From IMG/VR virus record IMGVR_UViG_3300031994_000063: a stretch of DNA of 64,000 nucleotides; one strand, 5' to 3'. The stretch's first letter is position 1. The number at the start of each line of letters is the position of its first letter. The notes below the pieces were generated by a model that did not search any database, was not told where the DNA came from, and saw only the letters and a list, made by a program, of their open reading frames with translations. Below are positions 57,076 through 64,000 of the stretch, in pieces. The position numbers and the translations under genes were made by a program. This DNA comes from a virus. Its lineage: Duplodnaviria; Heunggongvirae; Uroviricota; Caudoviricetes.

Positions 57076-58482
57076 ATGAACGAACTATTATTTAAAAAAG
57101 TTGATGATAGAATCAAACACCTAGTTGACCTCATACAAGCGTCAATCAAAAACACCCATTTTGAAGGAAAGGTATATTTGGTTGGCGGTTGTGTGCGCGA
57201 TGCATTGTTAGGATTGCCCATTAAAGACATCGACATCGTTGTTGAAATGAAGAACGGGGGGATGCTGTTTGCTGGATATATGGCAATGAAACATCAATGC
57301 TATGTTCAGAATACTAATCCAGTGATATTTGAAAACTATGGAACTGCGAAGTTCCAATTATTCAAGAATGATGAATTCAAAGATATAGAGATTGAATGTG
57401 TCCAAACTAGAAAGGAACAGTACCACAAGGAAAGCAGAAACCCAGAAACTGTATTCGGAAGCCTTGAAGAAGACGCAAAGAGGCGTGACCTTACCATTAA
57501 TTCTCTATATTATAACATCAGTACAGAGAAAATACATGATTTTAACGGCTCTTTAGATGACTTGGTAAATCAAGTAATAAAGACTCCAACTGACCCAGAT
57601 GTTACATTCAATGATGACCCATTGAGAATTCTACGTGTAATTCGTTTTTCAACTAGATTCGGTTGGGATATTGAAAAAAACACTTGGTTAGGTATGGTTA
57701 AAAATGCGCACCGTATTCAAATTATTTCACAAGAAAGAATTAGTGATGAAATATCCAAGATTCTACTTTGTGAAAAACCAAGTATCGGTATTAGGAAAAT
57801 GTATTTCTGTGGCATTCTGCATAGAGTGATGCCCGATATTTATGATACAACCTACGCTTATGAGTCAAGGAATCCTATGGTTAGCACATTTGACCATACG
57901 ATGAACGTGCTAGATACTGTTCAGCCTTATTTAGAAAACAGATTAGCTGCTTTATTCCATGATGTTGGTAGAATCATAACAGAGAAGCGTAGGGATGTAA
58001 TGCCAGATAAGTTTAGTGCAGAAATTGCTGCAAGCGACTTGAAGGACATGAAATACCCTAATTACATCATTAAATCTGTTGAAACTGCTATTAAGCATCA
58101 TAGAGGTTTTGCAAGTTATGCTGATGGTATATTGCCTCCAGATAAGAAGATTAGGAAATTCATCAACTTAACTGGTGATGATTTAGGAGCAACTGTTGAC
58201 CTAATGAACGCCAATAATCTCTATTGTACTTTTGGTAAGAAGAAAAGACAAGTTCTTGATATTCTCAATAGAATTGAAGAAATGGAAGACGCTGAAAAAG
58301 CAGCAAATGTTAAACTTCCAATTTCTGGGAATGACATCATAAAAGAATTTAAAATCAAACCTTCTCCAACAATCGGCATATTGCTTGAGGCAGTCAAAGA
58401 TGCTTACTTTGAGAATCCTAATATGACTAAGGATGAAGCATTTGAGATTGTAGAGAACAAATTGAAGAGCCTAACAGTCTAA
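57076..58482 (+). CDS. cca: tRNA nucleotidyltransferase (CCA-adding enzyme) with HD domain
   Basis: YLVGGCVRDALLGLPIKDIDIVV is the class II polymerase-beta head motif. LAALFHDVGR is the HD motif. 468 aa is typical of bacterial CCA enzymes. Confidence 0.8.
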   Translation: MNELLFKKVDDRIKHLVDLIQASIKNTHFEGKVYLVGGCVRDALLGLPIKDIDIVVEMKNGGMLFAGYMAMKHQCYVQNTNPVIFENYGTAKFQLFKNDEFKDIEIECVQTRKEQYHKESRNPETVFGSLEEDAKRRDLTINSLYYNISTEKIHDFNGSLDDLVNQVIKTPTDPDVTFNDDPLRILRVIRFSTRFGWDIEKNTWLGMVKNAHRIQIISQERISDEISKILLCEKPSIGIRKMYFCGILHRVMPDIYDTTYAYESRNPMVSTFDHTMNVLDTVQPYLENRLAALFHDVGRIITEKRRDVMPDKFSAEIAASDLKDMKYPNYIIKSVETAIKHHRGFASYADGILPPDKKIRKFINLTGDDLGATVDLMNANNLYCTFGKKKRQVLDILNRIEEMEDAEKAANVKLPISGNDIIKEFKIKPSPTIGILLEAVKDAYFENPNMTKDEAFEIVENKLKSLTV

Positions 58483-58520
58483 TCTATTAGGCTCTTTAAG
58501 TAATATATAATGACAATAAC

Positions 58521-58829
58521 TTACTTATGCCTATTACGTGGATGGAGTGAATTCAAATATTGTCTTTCATCTTTATACCCCATGTCATTGAATGAACGCA
58601 TGTTTTTTTTATTTGGGCTAATATTACTTTGCTTTTCTGCATAGTCATCTGTGGCGATAAAATTTAAATCTCCTTTGGCTGATTGCCTTCCAGCTAATCT
58701 ACCAAGCATATATTGACCCTTTGGCGTATCACCAATTTCTTTCAAAATATTGTTCACAGATTCTCTAACAATTCTGTGAAGGTCACTTTCTGTTAGTCTA
58801 ATCAATTTCTTATTCATATTTAAATACAT
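58521..58829 (-). CDS. hypothetical protein (only convincing minus-strand gene)
   Basis: 102-aa ORF with no plus-strand ORF overlapping. Diverges from an AT-rich palindromic intergenic region at 58830-59020. Confidence 0.45.
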   Translation of the reverse strand: MYLNMNKKLIRLTESDLHRIVRESVNNILKEIGDTPKGQYMLGRLAGRQSAKGDLNFIATDDYAEKQSNISPNKKNMRSFNDMGYKDERQYLNSLHPRNRHK

Positions 58830-59023
58830 ATTTATTTGATTATTATCCTATATAAATATCAGCAAGCACAAAAAATACAGCCACTTCTAGCCACATTTTA
58901 CAAATCATTTGGGTCAACTGCTATATTATATTATTATTAATTAATATTAAAATATATTAATAATATATATTATATTTTTATATTTAAATTATTTTTAGTA
59001 TATTTGCGTAAAAAAGAAAAACT

Positions 59024-59386
59024 ATGGGTACACTATGTAAAAACTGTCCTTTCAAAGGCATTAAAACTGAAACGGATTCTTGTACTACTCTATTTGCAAA
59101 AAAATATCATAACTCTTGTGTTACGTATGATATTACTAGACATAAGGAGAAACAAGAAAGGGAAGAATTCATAAAGGAACTTGAGGAGTTTACTAATGAA
59201 AAGAAAACAGCGAAAACACTTGATGAAACTACTAAAGTTAAAAAGGTATCAAAACCAAGAAAATCAAGAAAGCCTAAAAAAGAAACAAACGATAAAGGTA
59301 TAGAAACAAAAGAAACTATTGCAGAAATTGTTGGCAGTATTGCTAATGCTGCTGTGGTTTGCGAAAATAATAATAAAACAGAATAA
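59024..59386 (+). CDS. hypothetical basic protein with N-terminal Cys cluster
   Basis: MGTLCKNCPFKG..SCTT..HNSC. Lys-rich C-terminal half. Confidence 0.45.
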   Translation: MGTLCKNCPFKGIKTETDSCTTLFAKKYHNSCVTYDITRHKEKQEREEFIKELEEFTNEKKTAKTLDETTKVKKVSKPRKSRKPKKETNDKGIETKETIAEIVGSIANAAVVCENNNKTE

Positions 59387-59393
59387 ATTATAT

Positions 59394-59969
59394 ATGAATA
59401 AAATCTTAATTTTAATAGATAGTCAATATGGCTTTCTAGAAGGTGGCAATCTTCCAGTGGAAGGCGCAACCCATAAAATGAATCGTCTTGCTGAATTTAT
59501 ACGTGAAAACGGTCCAGCATATGATAAGATATTTCTAACGGCAGATTGGCATCCGCATACGCATTGTTCATTCAAGGCAAACGGTGGGGTATGGCCAGAA
59601 CATTGCGTACAACATACGCATGATGCAGCAATCTATCAGCCAATTATTGATGCTTTGAACGCTATTAATAGTGACTACATTGTTTTGACTAAAGGGGTTG
59701 ATGAAGACCACGAGGAATATTCAGTGTTTAAGAATGAAAAGTCTAATGCATTGCTTACCAACATATGCGAAATGATGAAAGTGACTGATATTGACATTTG
59801 CGGTATCGCATTAGACGTATGTGTATTTGATTCTTTGAAAGATGGATTAAGGGCATTCCCAAATACTAATTTTCACCTTCTTATTGATTTTTGCCCAGCA
59901 ATAACAAAAGATGGGGAGGAAAAAGTTATAAACTTTATCAATAATTCAGAAAGAGTAAATATTGGATAA
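59394..59969 (+). CDS. pncA: nicotinamidase/pyrazinamidase
   Basis: LILIDSQYGF (catalytic Asp), DWHPHTHCSF and WPEHC (metal site), LTKG (Lys), DICGIALDVCV (catalytic Cys). Start set at MNKILIL. Confidence 0.8.
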   Translation: MNKILILIDSQYGFLEGGNLPVEGATHKMNRLAEFIRENGPAYDKIFLTADWHPHTHCSFKANGGVWPEHCVQHTHDAAIYQPIIDALNAINSDYIVLTKGVDEDHEEYSVFKNEKSNALLTNICEMMKVTDIDICGIALDVCVFDSLKDGLRAFPNTNFHLLIDFCPAITKDGEEKVINFINNSERVNIG

Positions 59970-59972
59970 TAA

Positions 59973-60227
59973 ATGAGTAGGATAGAAATACCGATGACGG
60001 AGTATAATGGTTTAAAAAATAAAATTAAATCATTAGAGCAAACTCTAGTTGATGTTTCAAAGGAAACAGCAATATATAAAGAGAAATTAAGCATCTTGGA
60101 AAGCCTTGTTATGGATTTGGAAGATGAAAAAGTCCTTAACAGAATCTTTAGTTGGAAAAACATCGTTAACCCATTTAAAGAAGTATTCAAAAAGGATGGT
60201 AAAAAGCAAGAAACTAAGACAACTTAG
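59973..60227 (+). CDS. hypothetical coiled-coil protein
   Basis: 84-aa ORF. Heptad-like pattern. Confidence 0.4.
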   Translation: MSRIEIPMTEYNGLKNKIKSLEQTLVDVSKETAIYKEKLSILESLVMDLEDEKVLNRIFSWKNIVNPFKEVFKKDGKKQETKTT

Positions 60228-60825
60228 AATAAAAAGAAAACTAAAAAAGGCTAAAAAGGTGGAAGAACAAATAAAAAAAAACCCATATGCTGATATTGAT
60301 TCTGAATTTTGTGGAATTAGTAAAAACCACCAACTAGTACGAGATTTTTGTAGGGCATTAAAAAACAAAAAAGTTTTTGGTTTATTCCGCATAAGATATT
60401 CGATAAAAGACGTTTCTCCTATAGAAAAAAGAAATGCGCTAAGAGTGTACTCTCCCATCCCTTTGAAAGACATCACACTGTATGAACAACTAGATAAATC
60501 TGATTTGATAAAAAGGCTTAGAGTGCTTTCTAAGATGTTTTATTTAAATCATTATGATGTTAATAAATGGGAAAAAATAAATAATACTAGTATATCTAGT
60601 TATTTAAAATTCTACGCTGAAGATTATTTGAGCAAAAAATCTTATCCGATAAAACACTCATTATTGTATTATCAATTTTTGTTCGGAATAGGCTCTGCTA
60701 TAGTTGGACTTGTTTTAATGTTTTGTCTTATATACTATATGTGGGGATATTCTGCATTAATGACAATGTTAGGGTTGTTGTTGGTATATAGTGCTATCGT
60801 GACAACAGAAATCTATAAAAGATAA
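60106..60825 (+). CDS. hypothetical protein, Lys-rich N-terminus and C-terminal TM helices (start uncertain)
   Basis: 239-aa ORF overlapping the previous ORF in another frame. C-terminal FLFGIGSAIVGLVLMFCLIYYMWGYSALMTMLGLLLVYSAIV. Confidence 0.4.
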   Translation: MLWIWKMKKSLTESLVGKTSLTHLKKYSKRMVKSKKLRQLRIKRKLKKAKKVEEQIKKNPYADIDSEFCGISKNHQLVRDFCRALKNKKVFGLFRIRYSIKDVSPIEKRNALRVYSPIPLKDITLYEQLDKSDLIKRLRVLSKMFYLNHYDVNKWEKINNTSISSYLKFYAEDYLSKKSYPIKHSLLYYQFLFGIGSAIVGLVLMFCLIYYMWGYSALMTMLGLLLVYSAIVTTEIYKR

Positions 60826-60844
60826 CGTTTTTTAACATGATTTA

Positions 60845-60880
60845 TTTGGGTATTTGAAATATTTTTCGTACCTTTGCACC
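60845..60880 (+). promoter_or_regulatory. promoter driving tRNA-like gene at 61086
   Basis: tttgggtatttgaaatatttttcgtacctttgcacc. Confidence 0.5.
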
Positions 60881-61085
60881 ATGAAGCTTCAAAACGGTAA
60901 CTGAAAGACGTGGTGAGGGCAGTCCTGCCACACGACATTGCTAAGATATAACAGTCTCGACTTCGGAACAGATTGACGCTTGCAATGGAGTTAGTTTGAC
61001 CGAGATTGTAAAACAGTCGGTTATCAAGCAATCACTTAGATGAGTGCGGAAGAAGGAAACGCTAGCCGCATGAAGATTGCGTTAA

Positions 61086-61170
61086 GGACAATAGCTCAGT
61101 TGGGAGAGCGCACAAGAAACGTGGAAACACAAAGTAAGGTGAGGTCTGTAGTTCGAGTCTACATTGTCCT
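61086..61170 (+). ncRNA. tRNA-like with ~25-nt insertion carrying a GGAAAC-motif fragment
   Basis: Perfect acceptor ggacaat/attgtcc. D-arm agctcagttgggagagc. T-arm tgtag-ttcgagt-ctaca. Insertion aagaaacgtggaaacacaaagtaagg. Confidence 0.4.
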
Positions 61171-61186
61171 ACTAATTAATAAAAAA

Positions 61187-61390
61187 ATGGCAACAGAAAC
61201 TTTAGGAGCACATCTTAGGAATTTATTAACCCCATATAAAACATTGTTGTCTCTTGTTGAGGACATCAATAATGGAGAAATTGAATTGGATGTTCTGAAA
61301 AAAATCAAATGTGATAACATTGACGAAATTATAGAATTTTCCCATTCCGACAAAATGGAAAATAATTTGTGGAGAGAAGAAACAGAATAA
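61187..61390 (+). CDS. hypothetical protein (start trimmed out of tRNA-like gene)
   Basis: ATG at 61187 (MATETLGAHL...). Confidence 0.45.
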   Translation: MATETLGAHLRNLLTPYKTLLSLVEDINNGEIELDVLKKIKCDNIDEIIEFSHSDKMENNLWREETE

Positions 61391-61408
61391 TCAATAAAAA
61401 TAAAATTT

Positions 61409-62317
61409 ATGAGTCTAGAAGTTTATCAAAAAATAAACACCTTGCATAAAAGGTATGTATTTGATGGCAATAAATGTCCAAACAAAAAGTGGCTTAAGTT
61501 CAAAAATAAAATAATCTTGGGCGAGTTTTCAAACATTGAGGCTAGTTACCTTTTCAATTGTCCTTGGGAGGCATATAGTAAGATAGATGGCACAAACTCT
61601 AAGATTGCATTTTTTCCATCTACCCAAGAGATTCGTATTGAGGGTAAAAACGAGGAATCAAGCTCTCAGCATGGACAGTTCGAAATGTTGCAAGAGATTG
61701 GTGAGCGTATCAAGCCACAACTTTGTGCAATGTTCCCAAAAGAGAGTGCTAGATTTACCCCAGTAAAGAACAAAGAAACCAATAAGGTTCAATATTACCT
61801 AGAGGCAGATGGTTCAGCCCTTATTGAGCCTAAAAATGGGTTTGTTGGTGTGGAACTTGAAGAGACTCCAGTTTATATCTACGGAGAGTATTTTGGTACT
61901 GGTATTCAGAAGTGCGGTTCTCGTTATATTCAGAATGGTAATGCATTCCGTGTGTTTGACATAAAACAGCAAGGTTGGTGGACACCAAAGGATGTAAGAG
62001 ACTCATTGTGTAAGGGTCTTGGACTAGACACTGTTCCTTTCTTGGGTATAATGACGCTCAAGGAAATCGAAGATAAGGTTAGGGGTGGCTTCACAACTCA
62101 GTTTGAGGGCGCTGCTGACCCAACTATGATTGAGGAGGGTATTGTTGCTCGTCCAGTGATTCCACTTTGCGATGGAAGCGGTAAGAGAATCATCGTAAAG
62201 GTTAAATACTGTGATTACATTGCGTATGACACTGTGCGTAAGGAGTTTTCAGACGAAGAGTTTGAAGAGTTTAACACATGGTATCACGAAAACATTGAAA
62301 ATATTAAAGTAGAGTGA
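61409..62317 (+). CDS. RNA ligase, Rnl2-like
   Basis: Motif I KIDGTN (compare KIHGTN of T4 Rnl2). Motif IV EGIVARP. Motif V IIVKVK. Size consistent. Confidence 0.65.
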   Translation: MSLEVYQKINTLHKRYVFDGNKCPNKKWLKFKNKIILGEFSNIEASYLFNCPWEAYSKIDGTNSKIAFFPSTQEIRIEGKNEESSSQHGQFEMLQEIGERIKPQLCAMFPKESARFTPVKNKETNKVQYYLEADGSALIEPKNGFVGVELEETPVYIYGEYFGTGIQKCGSRYIQNGNAFRVFDIKQQGWWTPKDVRDSLCKGLGLDTVPFLGIMTLKEIEDKVRGGFTTQFEGAADPTMIEEGIVARPVIPLCDGSGKRIIVKVKYCDYIAYDTVRKEFSDEEFEEFNTWYHENIENIKVE

Positions 62318-62550
62318 TGGCTAGAGACTTGTTTAGAAGTATAATCAGAATAATAATTGTGCTGTGCCTAATGGGTAGTTGTGTTGAGGGATGTTATTTT
62401 ATGAGTGAACTATCAAAAAACCAAACTGATAGGTATAACCCATATTATAACAACTCTAGGAGTTACCCATATGGTAACGTTGAAGAAGCAGAGGAAATAG
62501 ACTATGAGCCAATTAACACAGATACAATCAGTGAGACGTTCAAGCCCTAA
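62314..62550 (+). CDS. hypothetical protein
   Basis: 78 aa. ATGA overlap with the upstream gene. Confidence 0.4.
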   Translation: MMARDLFRSIIRIIIVLCLMGSCVEGCYFMSELSKNQTDRYNPYYNNSRSYPYGNVEEAEEIDYEPINTDTISETFKP

Positions 62551-62941
62551 AGCTAAAAAAGTGTTTATTTACCACAAGAATAGTGGGCGCACGGATTTTT
62601 TGCCTTTTAGGGTTGGCGATATTGTTCGTGTCATAGATTGGGGAGAATCTTATTCTACTTATAAAAAGGCATTTATTTATTTTACAAATAGTGCGGACAC
62701 ACCATACTATTGTGGGTTTACCTTAGAAACAGAAAAACGAAGAAAAGAAGATGGTGATAAACAATGTTTTAAGATAATAAATATTGCAGAGCATGGAGAT
62801 AATAATGGAAATATAGTTTGCTATATTCAAGATAGGGCTAAACATGGCGTAGTTATAGGGCCAGAAGGCTTAAAACTAGTAAAACAATTTCCTCTTAGAA
62901 AAAATGAAACAATTAACATATTATTAAAAAAAATAAAATGA
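62504..62941 (+). CDS. hypothetical protein
   Basis: 145-aa ORF. No motifs recognised. Confidence 0.45.
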   Translation: MSQLTQIQSVRRSSPKAKKVFIYHKNSGRTDFLPFRVGDIVRVIDWGESYSTYKKAFIYFTNSADTPYYCGFTLETEKRRKEDGDKQCFKIINIAEHGDNNGNIVCYIQDRAKHGVVIGPEGLKLVKQFPLRKNETINILLKKIK

Positions 62942-64000
62942 AACAGATTATTACACATTTTACTGACAATGACGCATATACCTTTACTTGCCAGTATTAC
63001 ATTCTTCACACATATCCTCGTGCAGAGGTGCGGTATTCATTTTTTGACCGCAACCACACACGTTATCCAAAAGGTTTTGGTGAACTGTTGCAAGAACAGA
63101 TTAATGGCATGAAAGATGTTGTGATTACAGAGGATGAAATAGATTTTATGAAAAGTCGTATTTACTTCCTTCCTGAATGGTATTACAACTTTCTACGTGG
63201 TTTTAGATTTAATCCCTCAGAGGTACATATTTTCCAAGACCTTGATGGGTATCTGTCCATTATGATTGAAGGCAAATGGTATTCTACAATTATGTGGGAA
63301 ATGCCTATTCTTTCAACAATATCTGAACTCATGCATATCATCAATGGTGATATTGAAAAATATGACACCAAAATAGAATGGGAGAAAGCATATGAGAAGG
63401 GTATGAAAGCATTGGAGGGTGGATTGCTGCTCTCAGATATGGGAACTAGACGTAGATTCTCGTTTGAGAACCAGTATAACGTTCTTCATGCGTTGAAAAA
63501 GGCATTTGTTGATTGTGACAAACTAGGTAAGTGCAACGGTAAACTAGTAGGTACATCTAACGTGTGGTTCGCAAAGGAGTTTGGTATGACACCAATCGGC
63601 ACGATGAGCCACCAAATATGCTCTTTTGAGGAATGCGTTAGTGGTGTATTTGAATGCAATCATCAAGTCATGACGAAATGGTCTGATGTCTATGACGGTG
63701 ACTTGGGCATTTATCTACCAGATTGCTTTGGCTCTAATGTATTTTTGTCAAATTTCTCCAAGAAAATGGCCAAGATGTTTGACGGAATCCGAATTGACAG
63801 CGGTGACGAAAAGGAAGAGACCGAGAAGATGATTGAGAAATATAACTCTCTTGGTATTGACCCTAAAACCAAGTCAATAGTATATTCCAATGCCCTTACA
63901 ATAGATAAGGCTATTGATTTACATAAGTGGCTTGATGGACGCATGAAGGATTCTTATGGCATAGGAACGCATCTTATGGCTGACGTTACCAACAGTGAAA
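62938..64000 (+). CDS. pncB: nicotinate phosphoribosyltransferase (partial, runs off window end)
   Basis: Translated by hand. FTDNDAYTFT, FLPEWYYNFLRGFRFNPSEV, IMWEMPILSTISELMH, DMGTRRRFSF, GTMSH and GIRIDSGD align closely with E. coli PncB blocks. Confidence 0.85.
   Translation, partial: MKQIITHFTDNDAYTFTCQYYILHTYPRAEVRYSFFDRNHTRYPKGFGELLQEQINGMKDVVITEDEIDFMKSRIYFLPEWYYNFLRGFRFNPSEVHIFQDLDGYLSIMIEGKWYSTIMWEMPILSTISELMHIINGDIEKYDTKIEWEKAYEKGMKALEGGLLLSDMGTRRRFSFENQYNVLHALKKAFVDCDKLGKCNGKLVGTSNVWFAKEFGMTPIGTMSHQICSFEECVSGVFECNHQVMTKWSDVYDGDLGIYLPDCFGSNVFLSNFSKKMAKMFDGIRIDSGDEKEETEKMIEKYNSLGIDPKTKSIVYSNALTIDKAIDLHKWLDGRMKDSYGIGTHLMADVTNSE

Overview
The window is an AT-rich (~33% GC), almost entirely plus-strand-coded region of a large bacteriophage that infects a Bacteroidota host. 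About 27 copies of the Bacteroidetes sigma-A promoter (TTTG, 19-21 nt spacer, TAnnTTTGC) are present, usually as 'tttttCATATCTTTGCATTG' 20-40 nt upstream of an ATG. No Shine-Dalgarno sequences were seen.

The first ~32 kb is a tRNA/ncRNA island of 40 or more tRNA or tRNA-like genes, interleaved with small promoter-driven ORFs. Many of the tRNAs are non-canonical: 20-50 nt insertions, long variable regions, divergent T-loops. Among them are a candidate amber-suppressor tRNA(CUA), an initiator-like tRNA(CAU) with a C1·A72 mismatch, and a split tRNA-Arg(UCU) interrupted by ~580 nt that looks like a group I intron. There are also two circularly permuted tRNA-like units, a 12-plus-copy family of hairpin-bounded RNA elements (5' GGAAAC-N-(U/C)ACAGCA(A/G) pairing with 3' GUUUCC), and a duplicated ~160-nt structured ncRNA with compensatory base changes.

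The protein genes include a dispersed NAD+ salvage set:
- CinA/PncC-like NMN deamidase, HIT hydrolase, NMN/NaMN adenylyltransferase, Nudix hydrolase, nicotinamidase PncA and nicotinate phosphoribosyltransferase PncB.

There is also a tRNA repair and maintenance set:
- Rnl2-like RNA ligase, CCA-adding enzyme with HD domain, PTH2-like peptidyl-tRNA hydrolase, endonuclease V and a metallophosphoesterase-like protein.

Other genes:
- DHFR, an M20/M42-like metallopeptidase, an EEP-family nuclease and a GNAT acetyltransferase.
- Two S24-like peptidase paralogs.
- Two homing-endonuclease-like genes with Vsr/DUF559-type nuclease domains.
- A RecA/KaiC-like ATPase next to a retropepsin-like protease.
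- Two large paralogous proteins (one with ankyrin repeats).
- Several GC-richer host-like morons (OmpA-family protein, lipoproteins).

All calls are from reading the sequence. tRNA coordinates and anticodons are hand-folded and approximate.
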